DNA of 64,000 nucleotides from a virus: the IMG/VR virus record IMGVR_UViG_3300050120_000170, positions 1 through 64,000 of that record; one strand, given 5' to 3'. The notes under the pieces are model-generated. The model saw only the letters and a list, made by a program, of their open reading frames with translations, was not told the DNA's origin and made no database searches. Within the stretch, counting starts at the first letter, position 1, and each line of letters begins with the position of its first letter. Made by a program: the position numbers and the translations under genes. This document shows positions 25,504-34,511 of this stretch, one piece after another.

Positions 25504-26694
25504 ATGCACGTCATACACGCCCGGAACGTCAGCGCGGCCCTCCCTCAGGGGTTGGCCTTCCTATCCAGCTGCGGTATTTGGGAGGAAACCCGAGCCGGGC
25601 GAGCCCTCGTCTCCCCCGTCCCCGTCGTCACAGCCTACACCAAGCCCCGGGAGCGGGTCCTACTTTCCCCGATCCGGGACGCCAATCCGTTCTTTCATCT
25701 CGCCGAGGCGCTGTGGATGCTCCAGGGTCGGGCTGATAGCAAGTTCCTGGACAACTTCATTCGCGACTTCGGCAGCCGGTTCGCGGAGCCGGGGGGAGAC
25801 GTTCATGGGGCCTACGGACGGCGCTGGCGGGGTCACTTTCAACAGAGCCAGAAGGGCTTCAGTGGGACCTGGGGGCTCAGGGTTCTAGACCAGCTGGCGT
25901 CCGTCGCTCGGGAGCTGAAGGACAACCCGGGCTCCCGCCAGGTCGTCCTCACGATGTGGGACCCGGGAGCGGACCTCGGGATTGCTGGCCTGAAGGACCG
26001 GCCCTGTAACACCCATATATACTTCCGGCTCCGGGATGAGGCCTACCAGAACCCACCTGTAACGGACCAGAACTCAGCGGAGCATGAGGCCCGGATTGCG
26101 CGCGGGGAGCATATGGTTCTGGATATGACCGTCCTCTGCCGTTCCAACGACATCGTGATGGGGGCCTACGGCGCGAACGCCGTCCACTTCTCCGTCCTTC
26201 AGGAATACCTAGCCTCCAAGATCGGCGTGCGGGTGGGGACTTACTATCAGGTCTCGAACAACTTCCACGCCTACGAGCGGGACCTCAACTTGCTCGCCAA
26301 GCGGAACCATGACAGCGGGTCTCATTACGCGGTGGAGGACGAGCTGAAGGACCTCTCTTATGAGGAGCGGCGGGTGAGCCCCCACCGGCTCGTGGATAAC
26401 CCGGCGACTTTCGATGGTGAGCTGCTTTGGCTGATGGATGCCTACGAGGCGGTGTTGGGGCAGGACACGGCTGACGAGAGTATCCACTCTCACGCCGAGG
26501 ACCTCGGCAACGGGTTCCTCGCCCATACGGTCTGGCCCATGCTGATGGCGCATCGGTTCTACCGGCGGGAGCAATACGACCCGGCTTTCCAGTGGGCGGA
26601 TCGGATTGAGGCTAAGGATTGGGGACGGGCCTCCGTGGAGTGGCTCCGCCGCCGCGAATTCATGTCCCAACATAAGAAGGAGAAGTTAGCTTGA
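25504..26694 (+). CDS. thymidylate-synthase-family pyrimidine hydroxymethylase (divergent ThyA homolog)
   Basis: AEALWMLQGRADSKFL, HGAYGRRWR, NPGSRQVVLTMWDP, DRPCNTHIYF (catalytic Cys), CRSNDIVMGAYGANAVHF. 396 aa with insertions. Confidence 0.8.
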   Translation: MHVIHARNVSAALPQGLAFLSSCGIWEETRAGRALVSPVPVVTAYTKPRERVLLSPIRDANPFFHLAEALWMLQGRADSKFLDNFIRDFGSRFAEPGGDVHGAYGRRWRGHFQQSQKGFSGTWGLRVLDQLASVARELKDNPGSRQVVLTMWDPGADLGIAGLKDRPCNTHIYFRLRDEAYQNPPVTDQNSAEHEARIARGEHMVLDMTVLCRSNDIVMGAYGANAVHFSVLQEYLASKIGVRVGTYYQVSNNFHAYERDLNLLAKRNHDSGSHYAVEDELKDLSYEERRVSPHRLVDNPATFDGELLWLMDAYEAVLGQDTADESIHSHAEDLGNGFLAHTVWPMLMAHRFYRREQYDPAFQWADRIEAKDWGRASVEWLRRREFMSQHKKEKLA

Positions 26695-27245
26695 GACGAG
26701 AACAAATCATGGCGTCCCGGCAGCTCGCCGGGCGCGTAGAGCGGTGGCACACCTGGCCAATGATCCGGCGGCCTACCGTGATGGAACACGCCGGGCGGGT
26801 TGCTTCGCTGTTCTGCGAGCTGTGGGGTATCCCCCGGGGCGAGGTCCTGTATTATTGCCTCCACCACGACCACGGTGAGTTTACGGCGGGCGATGTGCCG
26901 TTCAGCGCCAAGGAGCTGGCTCCCAACCTTCGGGAGAGCATGAACTTTGCCGAGGCTATCGGGCGGGATCGGCTCGGGATTATCCTGCCGGAGATCAACC
27001 AGGAGGAGTTCCTCCGGTTCAAGATTTGCGACCTCCTGGAGATGTTCGAGACGGCCATCGTGGAGTGGAATATGGGGAACCGCTACGCGGGTTGCGTGGT
27101 GGTGGACTGCGCTAATACGGCCCTGGATATGGCGCACAAGGTAGACCTCCTGGTGAGTGGAAACCGGACGGCCTGCCGTGACTATATCGAGGGCTGGGTG
27201 TACAAGAACGGCTACAAGGGAGCAGCAACCTATGACGTCTTCTAA
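26691..27245 (+). CDS. HD-domain 5'-deoxynucleotidase (YfbR-like)
   Basis: RWHTWPMIRRPTVMEHAGRVA..YCLHHDHGEFTAGDVP. TTG start with an AAGGAG SD. Confidence 0.65.
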   Translation: MRREQIMASRQLAGRVERWHTWPMIRRPTVMEHAGRVASLFCELWGIPRGEVLYYCLHHDHGEFTAGDVPFSAKELAPNLRESMNFAEAIGRDRLGIILPEINQEEFLRFKICDLLEMFETAIVEWNMGNRYAGCVVVDCANTALDMAHKVDLLVSGNRTACRDYIEGWVYKNGYKGAATYDVF

Positions 27246-28326
27246 CATGGAACATATGAAGCACATCGACGCGGTGGTGGACAGCGACACCGCCGTGCTC
27301 CGCCAGAAGGAGAGCACCTATCAGGGCTCGTGGAAGGCCGCCGGGGGCCGTTCGGCCTGGTTCATGTTCCGGCGCAACATGGACCGGCTCCTCTCGATGA
27401 TGAAGAAGCCTCCAGAGGTGGACGGCTTCTCGATGGTGGACCTGGACGATTGTATCCAGCAGGCCTGGTCCGAGGCGGACAAGGCCTCCGGCGACTGTAC
27501 CATGGACGTTAGCATCGTCCAGTACCTCCGGGACAGCTACGTCTCCGAAAATATCTTCGCCAAGATACGGGAAAACCCATTGGGGCAGGACGGTACCGTG
27601 CTGGCTTGTCTCCGGGACCTCCGCCGCTACGCGATCCTCATCGAGGCGGAGATGGTGGGCCGGGGCGTCTTGACGCCCGAGGAGCGCGGGGGGGAGTGGG
27701 ACCGGGAGAGCAAGGAACAGCTCCTGGCTCCCGAGAAGGAACGTAAAATCCTGGAGCGGGCTCTCGGGTTCGGAGAAGGCAGCCTGGACCTATACACTTT
27801 CTGCGCTCAACTTATGGGGGTTGATCGCCAGGTGGCCAAGGAGGAGATTATCAAGCTACTCTACGGAGGGCCAAACCCGGAAACCAAGGTAGAACACATT
27901 GAGGTCAAGGTCATAGCCTCGCCCGAGAATGGCTCCCAGCATGCCAGCCTCGTTCCCTGGGCCGTTTCTACCAGCTGGCAGTACAAGCAGGGATACAACG
28001 CTAACTCTACCACACGCTCTATGTTTGATCGTTGGTGGCACCAGCAAGCTCCCGGGGTTTACGTTATGGAGACCGCCGTCCTGGTGAATGATTCCTTGGT
28101 ACCCGAAGAAATCGGCCACCTCTACATCCGCTCAGGAAACTTCTGGGTGGCCCTGATCGAGCGGTGCCCACCCGACGCCCGCGACTGGTTCCCCCGGTTA
28201 CGACGGGAGGTTAACTCCAAGGAACATGACGAGCTGCCGGCCTGGCAGAATAGCATGTACGCTTGGAACCAGAGCGGGAACAAGTGGGTTATCGAGCGGC
28301 AACACGAGGCCTGGGCACGCGACTGA
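27232..28326 (+). CDS. protein with MazG/DUF1599-like N-terminal domain and unknown C-terminal domain
   Basis: KESTYQGSWKAAGGRSAWFMFRRNMDRL..LRDLRRYAILIEAEM resembles phage all-alpha NTP-PPase-like domains. Confidence 0.4.
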   Translation: MTSSNMEHMKHIDAVVDSDTAVLRQKESTYQGSWKAAGGRSAWFMFRRNMDRLLSMMKKPPEVDGFSMVDLDDCIQQAWSEADKASGDCTMDVSIVQYLRDSYVSENIFAKIRENPLGQDGTVLACLRDLRRYAILIEAEMVGRGVLTPEERGGEWDRESKEQLLAPEKERKILERALGFGEGSLDLYTFCAQLMGVDRQVAKEEIIKLLYGGPNPETKVEHIEVKVIASPENGSQHASLVPWAVSTSWQYKQGYNANSTTRSMFDRWWHQQAPGVYVMETAVLVNDSLVPEEIGHLYIRSGNFWVALIERCPPDARDWFPRLRREVNSKEHDELPAWQNSMYAWNQSGNKWVIERQHEAWARD

Positions 28327-30332
28327 TGGCCAAGCCGCGTAACCCGCACATTGGCGGGCAACAGGAGCCGTTGTTCCTCCCGGATAGCTCGTGGGTTGCT
28401 CCTACAAGCCTCCCTGATCTAAGGCGACATAAGAGGGTCGCCTTAGATACGGAGGAACGAGACGACGGCCTGGCTGCCTCCCGTGGTCCGGGCTGGGCCA
28501 TTAAGGCCGGGTACATCTCGGGGTACTCCATGGCCTGGGACGGGGGAGCGATGTACGCCCCGGTCCGCGATCCGGACACGGCGAACCTGGACCCCGAGAC
28601 CGTGGTCCGCTGGATTGAGGATCATCGCAAGGCGGGCGTCCAGTTTATATTCCAGAATAGCAATTACGATATCGGGTGGATGACCACCGAGGGTATTGAC
28701 GTCCGGGCCTGGACCAATATCGAGGATACGATGAACCGGGCCGTCTTAATCGACGAGACCCAGTACACCTACAACCTAGACGACCTCTGTAAGCGCCGAG
28801 GGATACCCGGGAAGGACGAGGCCTCGCTCCTGGAAGTGGGGGCCGCGTTCGGGTACCACACCCGGAAGGAGATCAAGTCAAACCTCTGGCGGTTCCCGGC
28901 CCGGCATAAGGCCCAGTACGCGATTGCGGACGCTGTATCCACTCTCGCCCTGTTCGATGTTCAGCAGGCCGATATTGACGACCAGGAGCTGGGGGACGCC
29001 TACCGGCTGGAGATGGACATTGTCCCGATGGTCGTGGAGATGCGCCGCCGGGGCGTGAAGGTCAACGTAGAGCGAGCGGAGCGGGAGCGGGAATACTGTC
29101 TCGGGGAGCGTGACCGGGTATTCGAGGAACTCCGCCAGAAGACCGGCGAACGGATGGGCATGGAGGAGATTGGAAAGAATACCTTCCTCCAGAGGCTGTT
29201 CCAGGTTCACGCCCCGCAGATAGAGATACCTCGGACGGCCCCCTCAGCCAAGCACCCGGGCGGACAGCCCTCGTTCACCGCCGGGTCTACCGGCTGGATG
29301 CCGAAGGTGAAGCACTGGCTTCCTCAGCTCCTCATCCAGGCAGACAAGTACAATAACGCAGCGGAGAAGTTCCTCAAGGGCTACATCATCGACTTTGCGC
29401 ACCGGGGCCGTCTCCACGCCTCGATTAACCAGCTGCTCGGGGAGGACGACTCAGGGGCTATTAAGGGCACCCGGACGTTCCGCTTTTCATACAGTGAGCC
29501 ACCGCTCCAGCAGATGACGGCGCGTGACGAGGACCTCGCTCCGCGCATCCGGGGTGTGTTCGAGCCCGAGGAGGGGGAGAGCTGGCTCAGCGCGGACTAT
29601 TCTCAGCAGGAATACCGGCTCATTGTTCACTTCGCGTGTCTCCTGGAATGTACCAAGGCGGAGGTCGCGGCCCAGCGTTACATAGACGACCCGAAGACGG
29701 ATTATCACTCCATGGTTGCGGACCTGACCGGCCTGGAGCGCAAGCCCGCGAAGGATACCAACTTTGCGAAGTCCTACGGGGCCGGGATACCGAAGTTTGC
29801 GGCGATGATCAACAAATCCGTGGAGGAAGCCCGGGCGATCATGAAGCAGTACGACACCCAGATGCCCTTCGTCAAGGAGCTGAACGAGATTTGCCAGAAG
29901 CTGGCGGATGAGCGAGGCTACATCCGCCTGCTGGACGGAGCCCGGTCTCATTTCCCGAGGTGGGAGTTGGCCTGGCGACCGAAGGGTGAGCCGCCGGTAT
30001 CGGTGGACAGCCTAGAGAAGGCCCGGGCACTCTGGCCCGGGAAGCGGATCAAGCGAGCCGACACGAAGGACGCCATGAACCGGCTGATTCAGGGATCGGC
30101 AGCCCGGCAGACCAAGGAGGCTATGCGGGCCTGCTGGCGGGAGGGCTACGTCCCGTTGCTTCAGCTTCATGATGAACTCGACTTCTCGATTGCGAAGAAG
30201 AAGGACGGCGACAACATCGTGGTGATCATGCGCGATATCCGGCGGCTCAAGGTCCCGATGCTGGTAGACGCGGAATACGGGCGGACCTGGGGCACCGCGA
30301 AGCACGAGTGGAAAGAGAGGATGGTGGCATGA
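28326..30332 (+). CDS. family A DNA polymerase with 3'-5' exonuclease domain
   Basis: ALDTEE (ExoI), DYSQQEYRL (motif A), KDTNFAKSYGAG (motif B), LLQLHDELDF (motif C). ATGA start overlap. Confidence 0.9.
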   Translation: MAKPRNPHIGGQQEPLFLPDSSWVAPTSLPDLRRHKRVALDTEERDDGLAASRGPGWAIKAGYISGYSMAWDGGAMYAPVRDPDTANLDPETVVRWIEDHRKAGVQFIFQNSNYDIGWMTTEGIDVRAWTNIEDTMNRAVLIDETQYTYNLDDLCKRRGIPGKDEASLLEVGAAFGYHTRKEIKSNLWRFPARHKAQYAIADAVSTLALFDVQQADIDDQELGDAYRLEMDIVPMVVEMRRRGVKVNVERAEREREYCLGERDRVFEELRQKTGERMGMEEIGKNTFLQRLFQVHAPQIEIPRTAPSAKHPGGQPSFTAGSTGWMPKVKHWLPQLLIQADKYNNAAEKFLKGYIIDFAHRGRLHASINQLLGEDDSGAIKGTRTFRFSYSEPPLQQMTARDEDLAPRIRGVFEPEEGESWLSADYSQQEYRLIVHFACLLECTKAEVAAQRYIDDPKTDYHSMVADLTGLERKPAKDTNFAKSYGAGIPKFAAMINKSVEEARAIMKQYDTQMPFVKELNEICQKLADERGYIRLLDGARSHFPRWELAWRPKGEPPVSVDSLEKARALWPGKRIKRADTKDAMNRLIQGSAARQTKEAMRACWREGYVPLLQLHDELDFSIAKKKDGDNIVVIMRDIRRLKVPMLVDAEYGRTWGTAKHEWKERMVA

Positions 30333-30583
30333 TTGATGAGGATGCCCAAGAGTTCTACGCCCGGCTTCAGAAGATAGCTGACAGGTTCACCGGGTCCATC
30401 ATCAATTCTACGACCGTGGGTGCCTTCCGAATGGCCGTGGAGGCCGAGGTCCACCAGTGGTACTCCGAGGGTGGATCGTTCCGGGACCTCCATGGAGACC
30501 GCATAGCTACCTTTGAGGAGGCAGAATTACATGTCTCTCAGAGCGGACACAGCCTCAACGCGAGTTTGGTGAGGAAAAGTTAA
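30329..30583 (+). CDS. hypothetical protein
   Basis: 84-aa ORF starting at the ATGA overlap with the polymerase stop. Confidence 0.5.
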   Translation: MIDEDAQEFYARLQKIADRFTGSIINSTTVGAFRMAVEAEVHQWYSEGGSFRDLHGDRIATFEEAELHVSQSGHSLNASLVRKS

Positions 30584-30598
30584 GTGACCAAGGAGGAC

Positions 30599-30847
30599 AT
30601 GGAGCGGTGGCATTCTGCTCTCGCAAAGGGCTCGGCCATCCTGGCAGCGACCTTGGCCAAGCGAAAACGAAATCCACGAATGGTAATGGACATCCTGGCT
30701 CTTATCGAGCCAACAATCAGGGAGATGCAAGATGCTGCTGGCAGTGATGGACACGGAGACGACCGGGATAGACGAACAGGACCAGGTGGTGGAGATAGCC
30801 GGGATCGCGGTGCGCCAAAGCGAGTCAGGGCCTCTGACATCATTTGA
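30599..30847 (+). CDS. hypothetical small protein (doubtful 3' part)
   Basis: AAGGAGGA SD before the ATG at 30599. The last third or so overlaps the exonuclease gene out of frame and looks non-coding. Confidence 0.3.
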   Translation: MERWHSALAKGSAILAATLAKRKRNPRMVMDILALIEPTIREMQDAAGSDGHGDDRDRRTGPGGGDSRDRGAPKRVRASDII

Positions 30848-31523
30848 GGCCGGGCACTGGGAGACCCTTATCCAACCTACGGTCCCGATCACCATCGGAG
30901 CCCGAGCGACCCACCACATCACTGACGAGGAGCTGAAGACGGCACCCGGTCCGAAGGAAACCATGGAGACCCTCGGGGAGATGCTCCGGGATGAAGAGGG
31001 AGACGAGACGGTGACGGTGTTTCACAATGCCGAGTTTGACCTCCGGCTTCTTCGGCAGACCTGCTGGGCCGTGGACCTCGTGTATCACACGATCATCCCG
31101 GCTCGGTATATCTGTACCTGGGTCTGTGCCAAGCACATCTACCCGGATAGCCCGGGGCACTCCAATCAGGTCCTGCGCTACTACCTCGGGTTGGACGAGC
31201 TGTACGGCTCACTCACGATCCCGGGCGTACCGCCGCACCGGGCCATGCCGGATGCGCTCGTGACCTCCCGGCTCCTTATGCACATGCTCCGGACGAAGAC
31301 ACCGGAGGAGCTGATTCTGCTGACGCAAACCCCGGTCCTTCAAACCTATTGCCGGATGCCGAAGCATGCAGGCAAGACCTGGGAGGAGGTCGCCCGGATC
31401 GACCCGAGTTATTGTCACTGGATGCTCGCCCAGGGTCCCGAGGTAAAGCTACCCGCAGGGGGCAAGACTGGATTTGACGCCGATACGATCCACACCTTGA
31501 AGTTCCATCTCGGCTTGTTGTAA
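30732..31523 (+). CDS. DnaQ-like DEDDh 3'-5' exonuclease
   Basis: AVMDTETTG, FHNAEFDLRLL, PHRAMPDA. Has a C-terminal extension. Confidence 0.85.
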   Translation: MLLAVMDTETTGIDEQDQVVEIAGIAVRQSESGPLTSFEAGHWETLIQPTVPITIGARATHHITDEELKTAPGPKETMETLGEMLRDEEGDETVTVFHNAEFDLRLLRQTCWAVDLVYHTIIPARYICTWVCAKHIYPDSPGHSNQVLRYYLGLDELYGSLTIPGVPPHRAMPDALVTSRLLMHMLRTKTPEELILLTQTPVLQTYCRMPKHAGKTWEEVARIDPSYCHWMLAQGPEVKLPAGGKTGFDADTIHTLKFHLGLL

Positions 31524-31534
31524 GGGAGAAGTCA

Positions 31535-31750
31535 ATGAAGGTAGAGCCCACCAATATCGCGTTCACGTACACGAACCACAAGGGGGAGACCGAGGATCGC
31601 CACGTGGAGGTTCGGGGGCTGCGTTTTGGGACCCTGGACGAATACTTTCCAGGCTCCGCAGCGCAATGGTACCTGGAATGTATCGACACGGACCGGAACG
31701 CACCTCGCTCGTTCCGCTTGGCCGCGATGGTCAACGTCAAGGCCCCCTAG
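31535..31750 (+). CDS. hypothetical protein
   Basis: 71-aa ORF with a GGGAGAAG SD. Confidence 0.5.
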   Translation: MKVEPTNIAFTYTNHKGETEDRHVEVRGLRFGTLDEYFPGSAAQWYLECIDTDRNAPRSFRLAAMVNVKAP

Positions 31751-31992
31751 TGATCGTATGTCCCCACTGTAAGCCCGGGCGCAAGGTCGCCCGGGCTTCT
31801 CTCCCCCGGTCACGCGTTGTTGAGACCCGGGAGATTCACTGTATGGTCGTCCACCGGGGGGCGAAGCGGCGGACCTCTACCGTGATGCGGCTCCGGGAGT
31901 GTGTGCGCTGCCGCTATCGCTGGAAGACCTCGGAGACGATCTATCGTGGTATTGGTAAAAAGGTTCACCGGCCTAAAATAGTTCTTGACTAA
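31750..31992 (+). CDS. stand-alone NrdR-like zinc-ribbon protein
   Basis: VIVCPHCKPG..VVETRE..RLRECVRCRYRWKTSE parallels the NrdR N-terminal ribbon, but there is no ATP-cone. Confidence 0.5.
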   Translation: MIVCPHCKPGRKVARASLPRSRVVETREIHCMVVHRGAKRRTSTVMRLRECVRCRYRWKTSETIYRGIGKKVHRPKIVLD

Positions 31993-32013
31993 ATGAGAGG
32001 GTGCTGTTAAGAA
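31985..32013 (+). promoter_or_regulatory. sigma70-like promoter TTGACT-N17-TAAGAA
   Basis: AAATAGTTCTTGACT 15-mer, identical to 35920-35934. Followed by a CCTCAGGAGGG leader. Confidence 0.5.
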
Positions 32014-32047
32014 GGGGGTCATTGCAACGCAGCCTCAGGAGGGCTAC

Positions 32048-32164
32048 ATGAACGAGAAGCGCCGCAAAGACCTCAACCGAGCACTCAATCTTCTCGCGAC
32101 CGAGGAGGCCGCCCGGGCGGACTACATTACCATTGCGAATGCGGTGCGCTACACGGCGGCTTGA
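32048..32164 (+). CDS. 38-aa protein (below ORF-track cutoff)
   Basis: MNEKRRKDLNRALNLLATEEAARADYITIANAVRYTAA, behind CCTCAGGAGGGCTAC. Confidence 0.4.
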   Translation: MNEKRRKDLNRALNLLATEEAARADYITIANAVRYTAA

Positions 32165-32184
32165 TCCTTTTTATCCCCACCCCC

Positions 32185-32213
32185 TTTACTTGTCCAATCA
32201 ATCAGATTAAATC
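32185..32213 (+). promoter_or_regulatory. sigma70-like promoter TTTACT-N17-TAAATC
   Basis: Located between the small ORF and the helicase gene. The leader ends in CCTCAGGAGGG. Confidence 0.4.
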
Positions 32214-32246
32214 GTTCGGGTCAACAACGCCTCAGGAGGGCATCCT

Positions 32247-33725
32247 ATGACCGAGTTTGTTCCATCACTCCAGCAACAGGCCGTTTTCGATTGGATCCAG
32301 ACCGGACGGGGGTCCGCGTTCGTGGAGGCCGTCGCCGGGGCCGGCAAGACCACCACCCTTATCAACGCTTCCCGGTTTATGACCGGCTCCGTCTCCTCGG
32401 CGATGTACAACAAGAAGAACGCCACCGACTTCCAGAACAAACTCCAGGACTCAGGGATTGCGTCCAGCCAGCACAAGGCCGGGACGTTTCATGCTTTCGG
32501 GTTCTCCGCCTGGAGGAACTCCCACCGGAAGGTCGTGGTGGACGACAAGATCAAGAAGGACCGGATCATCAACACGCTTATGATCCCGACGCAGTTCCAG
32601 ACGTTCGCCCTCAATCTCTGTTCGCTGGCGAAGCAGGCCGCCCTTGGCGCGGTCCACGACGCGGGCAACGAGCGGCACTGGTGGGATATCGTAGAGCACC
32701 ACGACCTAGACCTGGAGCTAGAGGACCCGGAGACGGCCAAGGAAGGCATCCGCTGGGCCTACAAGGCCCTCGTCCAGTCCCGGAAGATCGCCCACGAGGT
32801 CATCGACTATGACGACATGATCTACATGCCGATTGCCACCAACTGCCGGGTCTGGCAGAACGACTGGGTGCTCGTTGACGAGGCCCAGGACACGAACCCG
32901 GCCCGGCTCGCTCTCACCCGCAAGATGCTCCGCCCCGGCGGGCGGGCGATCTTCGTCGGTGACCGGCACCAGGCCATCTACGGGTTCACCGGAGCCGACA
33001 ACGACGCGGTGGCTAACATCATTCGGGACTTCGGCTGCACCAGCCTCCCGCTCACAATCACCTACCGCTGCCCCAAGTCCGTCGTGGCCGAGGCCCGGAC
33101 GATTGTCTCCCACATCACGGCTCACGAGACGGCTCCGGAGGGGACCGTGAGGACGATTGAAGCCGGGGACATCCAGAAGGAGAGCCTCAAGCCCGAGGAC
33201 GCGATCCTCTGCCGCAACACCGCCCCGCTCGTCAAAATGGCCTTCTCCTTCATCAAGGCCGGGATCGCCTGCCACGTGGAAGGTAAGTCCATCGGCGAGG
33301 GTCTCCTGAAACTGGCAGGTCGCTGGAAGACGACTAGCGTCACGGTTCTAAAGGACGCCCTGATCAACTACCGGGAAAAGCAGGTGGCTAAGCTGCTTAT
33401 GCAGGGCAAAGAGAGCCTCGCCGAGGGCCTATCGGATCGGGTGGACACGCTCCTCGTCATTGCGGAGGGCTGCCCGGACGTGGCCTGCGTCCACAAGAAG
33501 ATCAAGGACCTATTCCAGGACGATACCCCCACGCTCACCCTCTCTACGGTCCACAAGAGCAAGGGCCGGGAGTGGCACCGGGTGTTCCTCCTCGGGCGCA
33601 ACGCCTATATGCCATCCAAGTACGCCCGGCAGGCCTGGCAGTTGGAACAGGAGGCCAACCTGGAATACGTCGCGATGACCCGAGCCCAGAAGGAATTGAT
33701 CTACGCCAAGGTAACATTGGATTAA
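32247..33725 (+). CDS. UvrD/Rep-like SF1 helicase (paralog 2)
   Basis: AVAGAGKTTTL, LVDEAQDTNP, VGDRHQAIYGFTGAD, STVHKSKGREWHRVFLL, YVAMTRAQKELIY. Confidence 0.85.
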   Translation: MTEFVPSLQQQAVFDWIQTGRGSAFVEAVAGAGKTTTLINASRFMTGSVSSAMYNKKNATDFQNKLQDSGIASSQHKAGTFHAFGFSAWRNSHRKVVVDDKIKKDRIINTLMIPTQFQTFALNLCSLAKQAALGAVHDAGNERHWWDIVEHHDLDLELEDPETAKEGIRWAYKALVQSRKIAHEVIDYDDMIYMPIATNCRVWQNDWVLVDEAQDTNPARLALTRKMLRPGGRAIFVGDRHQAIYGFTGADNDAVANIIRDFGCTSLPLTITYRCPKSVVAEARTIVSHITAHETAPEGTVRTIEAGDIQKESLKPEDAILCRNTAPLVKMAFSFIKAGIACHVEGKSIGEGLLKLAGRWKTTSVTVLKDALINYREKQVAKLLMQGKESLAEGLSDRVDTLLVIAEGCPDVACVHKKIKDLFQDDTPTLTLSTVHKSKGREWHRVFLLGRNAYMPSKYARQAWQLEQEANLEYVAMTRAQKELIYAKVTLD

Positions 33726-33741
33726 CTCTTTAGGAGTACCC

Positions 33742-33771
33742 CTCCAGGGGTCTATTATTAGAACCCTGGAG
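33742..33771 (+). terminator. hairpin after helicase gene (no clear U-tract)
   Basis: CTCCAGGGGTC-TATTATTA-GAACCCTGGAG, 10 of 11 bp paired. Confidence 0.35.
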
Positions 33772-33874
33772 AGCCTAGAATGCGTGCCCTGGATATTGAC
33801 GACGAGACCCTGGAATTATCCAGAATGTATCGGGCGGTGGTCGCCCGAGTCAGAGCCCAACAGGAGGGGCTATT

Positions 33875-34060
33875 ATGGGAACAGAACAATTGGGGACACA
33901 CGAATACGCTGGATTCAAGTACGCCGTCTCCCGGGTGACGGGCGACAAGGGAGACAAGCATATCTTCCTCCAGGCCCTCCCGGGGCAGCACCCGGCGGCC
34001 TCCAAGGAGAAGCACCTCCAGGCGGCCCTGAAGACCTACCTGGAGAAGAACTCCCCATGA
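33875..34060 (+). CDS. hypothetical protein
   Basis: 61-aa ORF with a GGAGGGG SD. Confidence 0.45.
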   Translation: MGTEQLGTHEYAGFKYAVSRVTGDKGDKHIFLQALPGQHPAASKEKHLQAALKTYLEKNSP

Positions 34061-34230
34061 CCCCGAAGCAAGCGGAGCTGATGCGGTGCCTGACGGCCTG
34101 TCAGGCGGCTCTCTGGGAAGTAGTAGAGGAAACCCCGGGGACGGGACCGGGACTGGTCACCTCGTCAAAGATGCTCAAAATCTGCGTGGAGCGGGTCCAG
34201 GAGCTGACTGAGGAGATTACGAATGGCTAA
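34057..34230 (+). CDS. hypothetical protein
   Basis: 57 aa starting at the ATGA overlap. It is the plausible part of the tracked ORF 33784..34230. Confidence 0.4.
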   Translation: MTPKQAELMRCLTACQAALWEVVEETPGTGPGLVTSSKMLKICVERVQELTEEITNG

Positions 34231-34405
34231 ACACTGGTCCGAGGAGCTGGGTTGCCGCTGCGGAGCCCGGTTCCGGTCCTACGAGGCGGAGGCCCGGCAC
34301 CGCCACAACTTCCCGGCTCTCTGTAAGCGGCCCAAGCCCAAGAAGGCGCGGACCCGTAGAGAGCCGGACCCACTCAAGAAAATAATTGTCCAAATGGACA
34401 AATAA
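34223..34405 (+). CDS. hypothetical basic protein
   Basis: 60-aa ORF with a CRCG..H..H pattern and a Lys/Arg-rich tail. Confidence 0.4.
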   Translation: MAKHWSEELGCRCGARFRSYEAEARHRHNFPALCKRPKPKKARTRREPDPLKKIIVQMDK

Positions 34406-34420
34406 TTTCGGAAGACCCAC

Positions 34421-34450
34421 TTGACTTCTGTAATCAACCAGGCGTAGGGT
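34421..34450 (+). promoter_or_regulatory. sigma70-like promoter TTGACT-N18-TAGGGT
   Basis: CCCACTTGACTTCT plus an AAATAATTT upstream element, as at 8080-8107. About 60-nt leader ending in CCTCAGGAGGG. Confidence 0.45.
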
Positions 34451-34511
34451 CCCAATTGTCGGTTGGACACGGTGTCCAGCCCACCTTCGGCCTCAGGAGG
34501 GCCTCTTTAAG

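Noticed and set aside
33780-33938. 52-codon ORF (MRALDIDDETLELSRMYRAVVARVRAQQEG..) and the 148-aa tracked ORF 33784..34230.
   Set aside because: They overlap each other and ORF 33875..34060 in different frames. Only the segments listed as features have plausible starts. This region needs experimental support.
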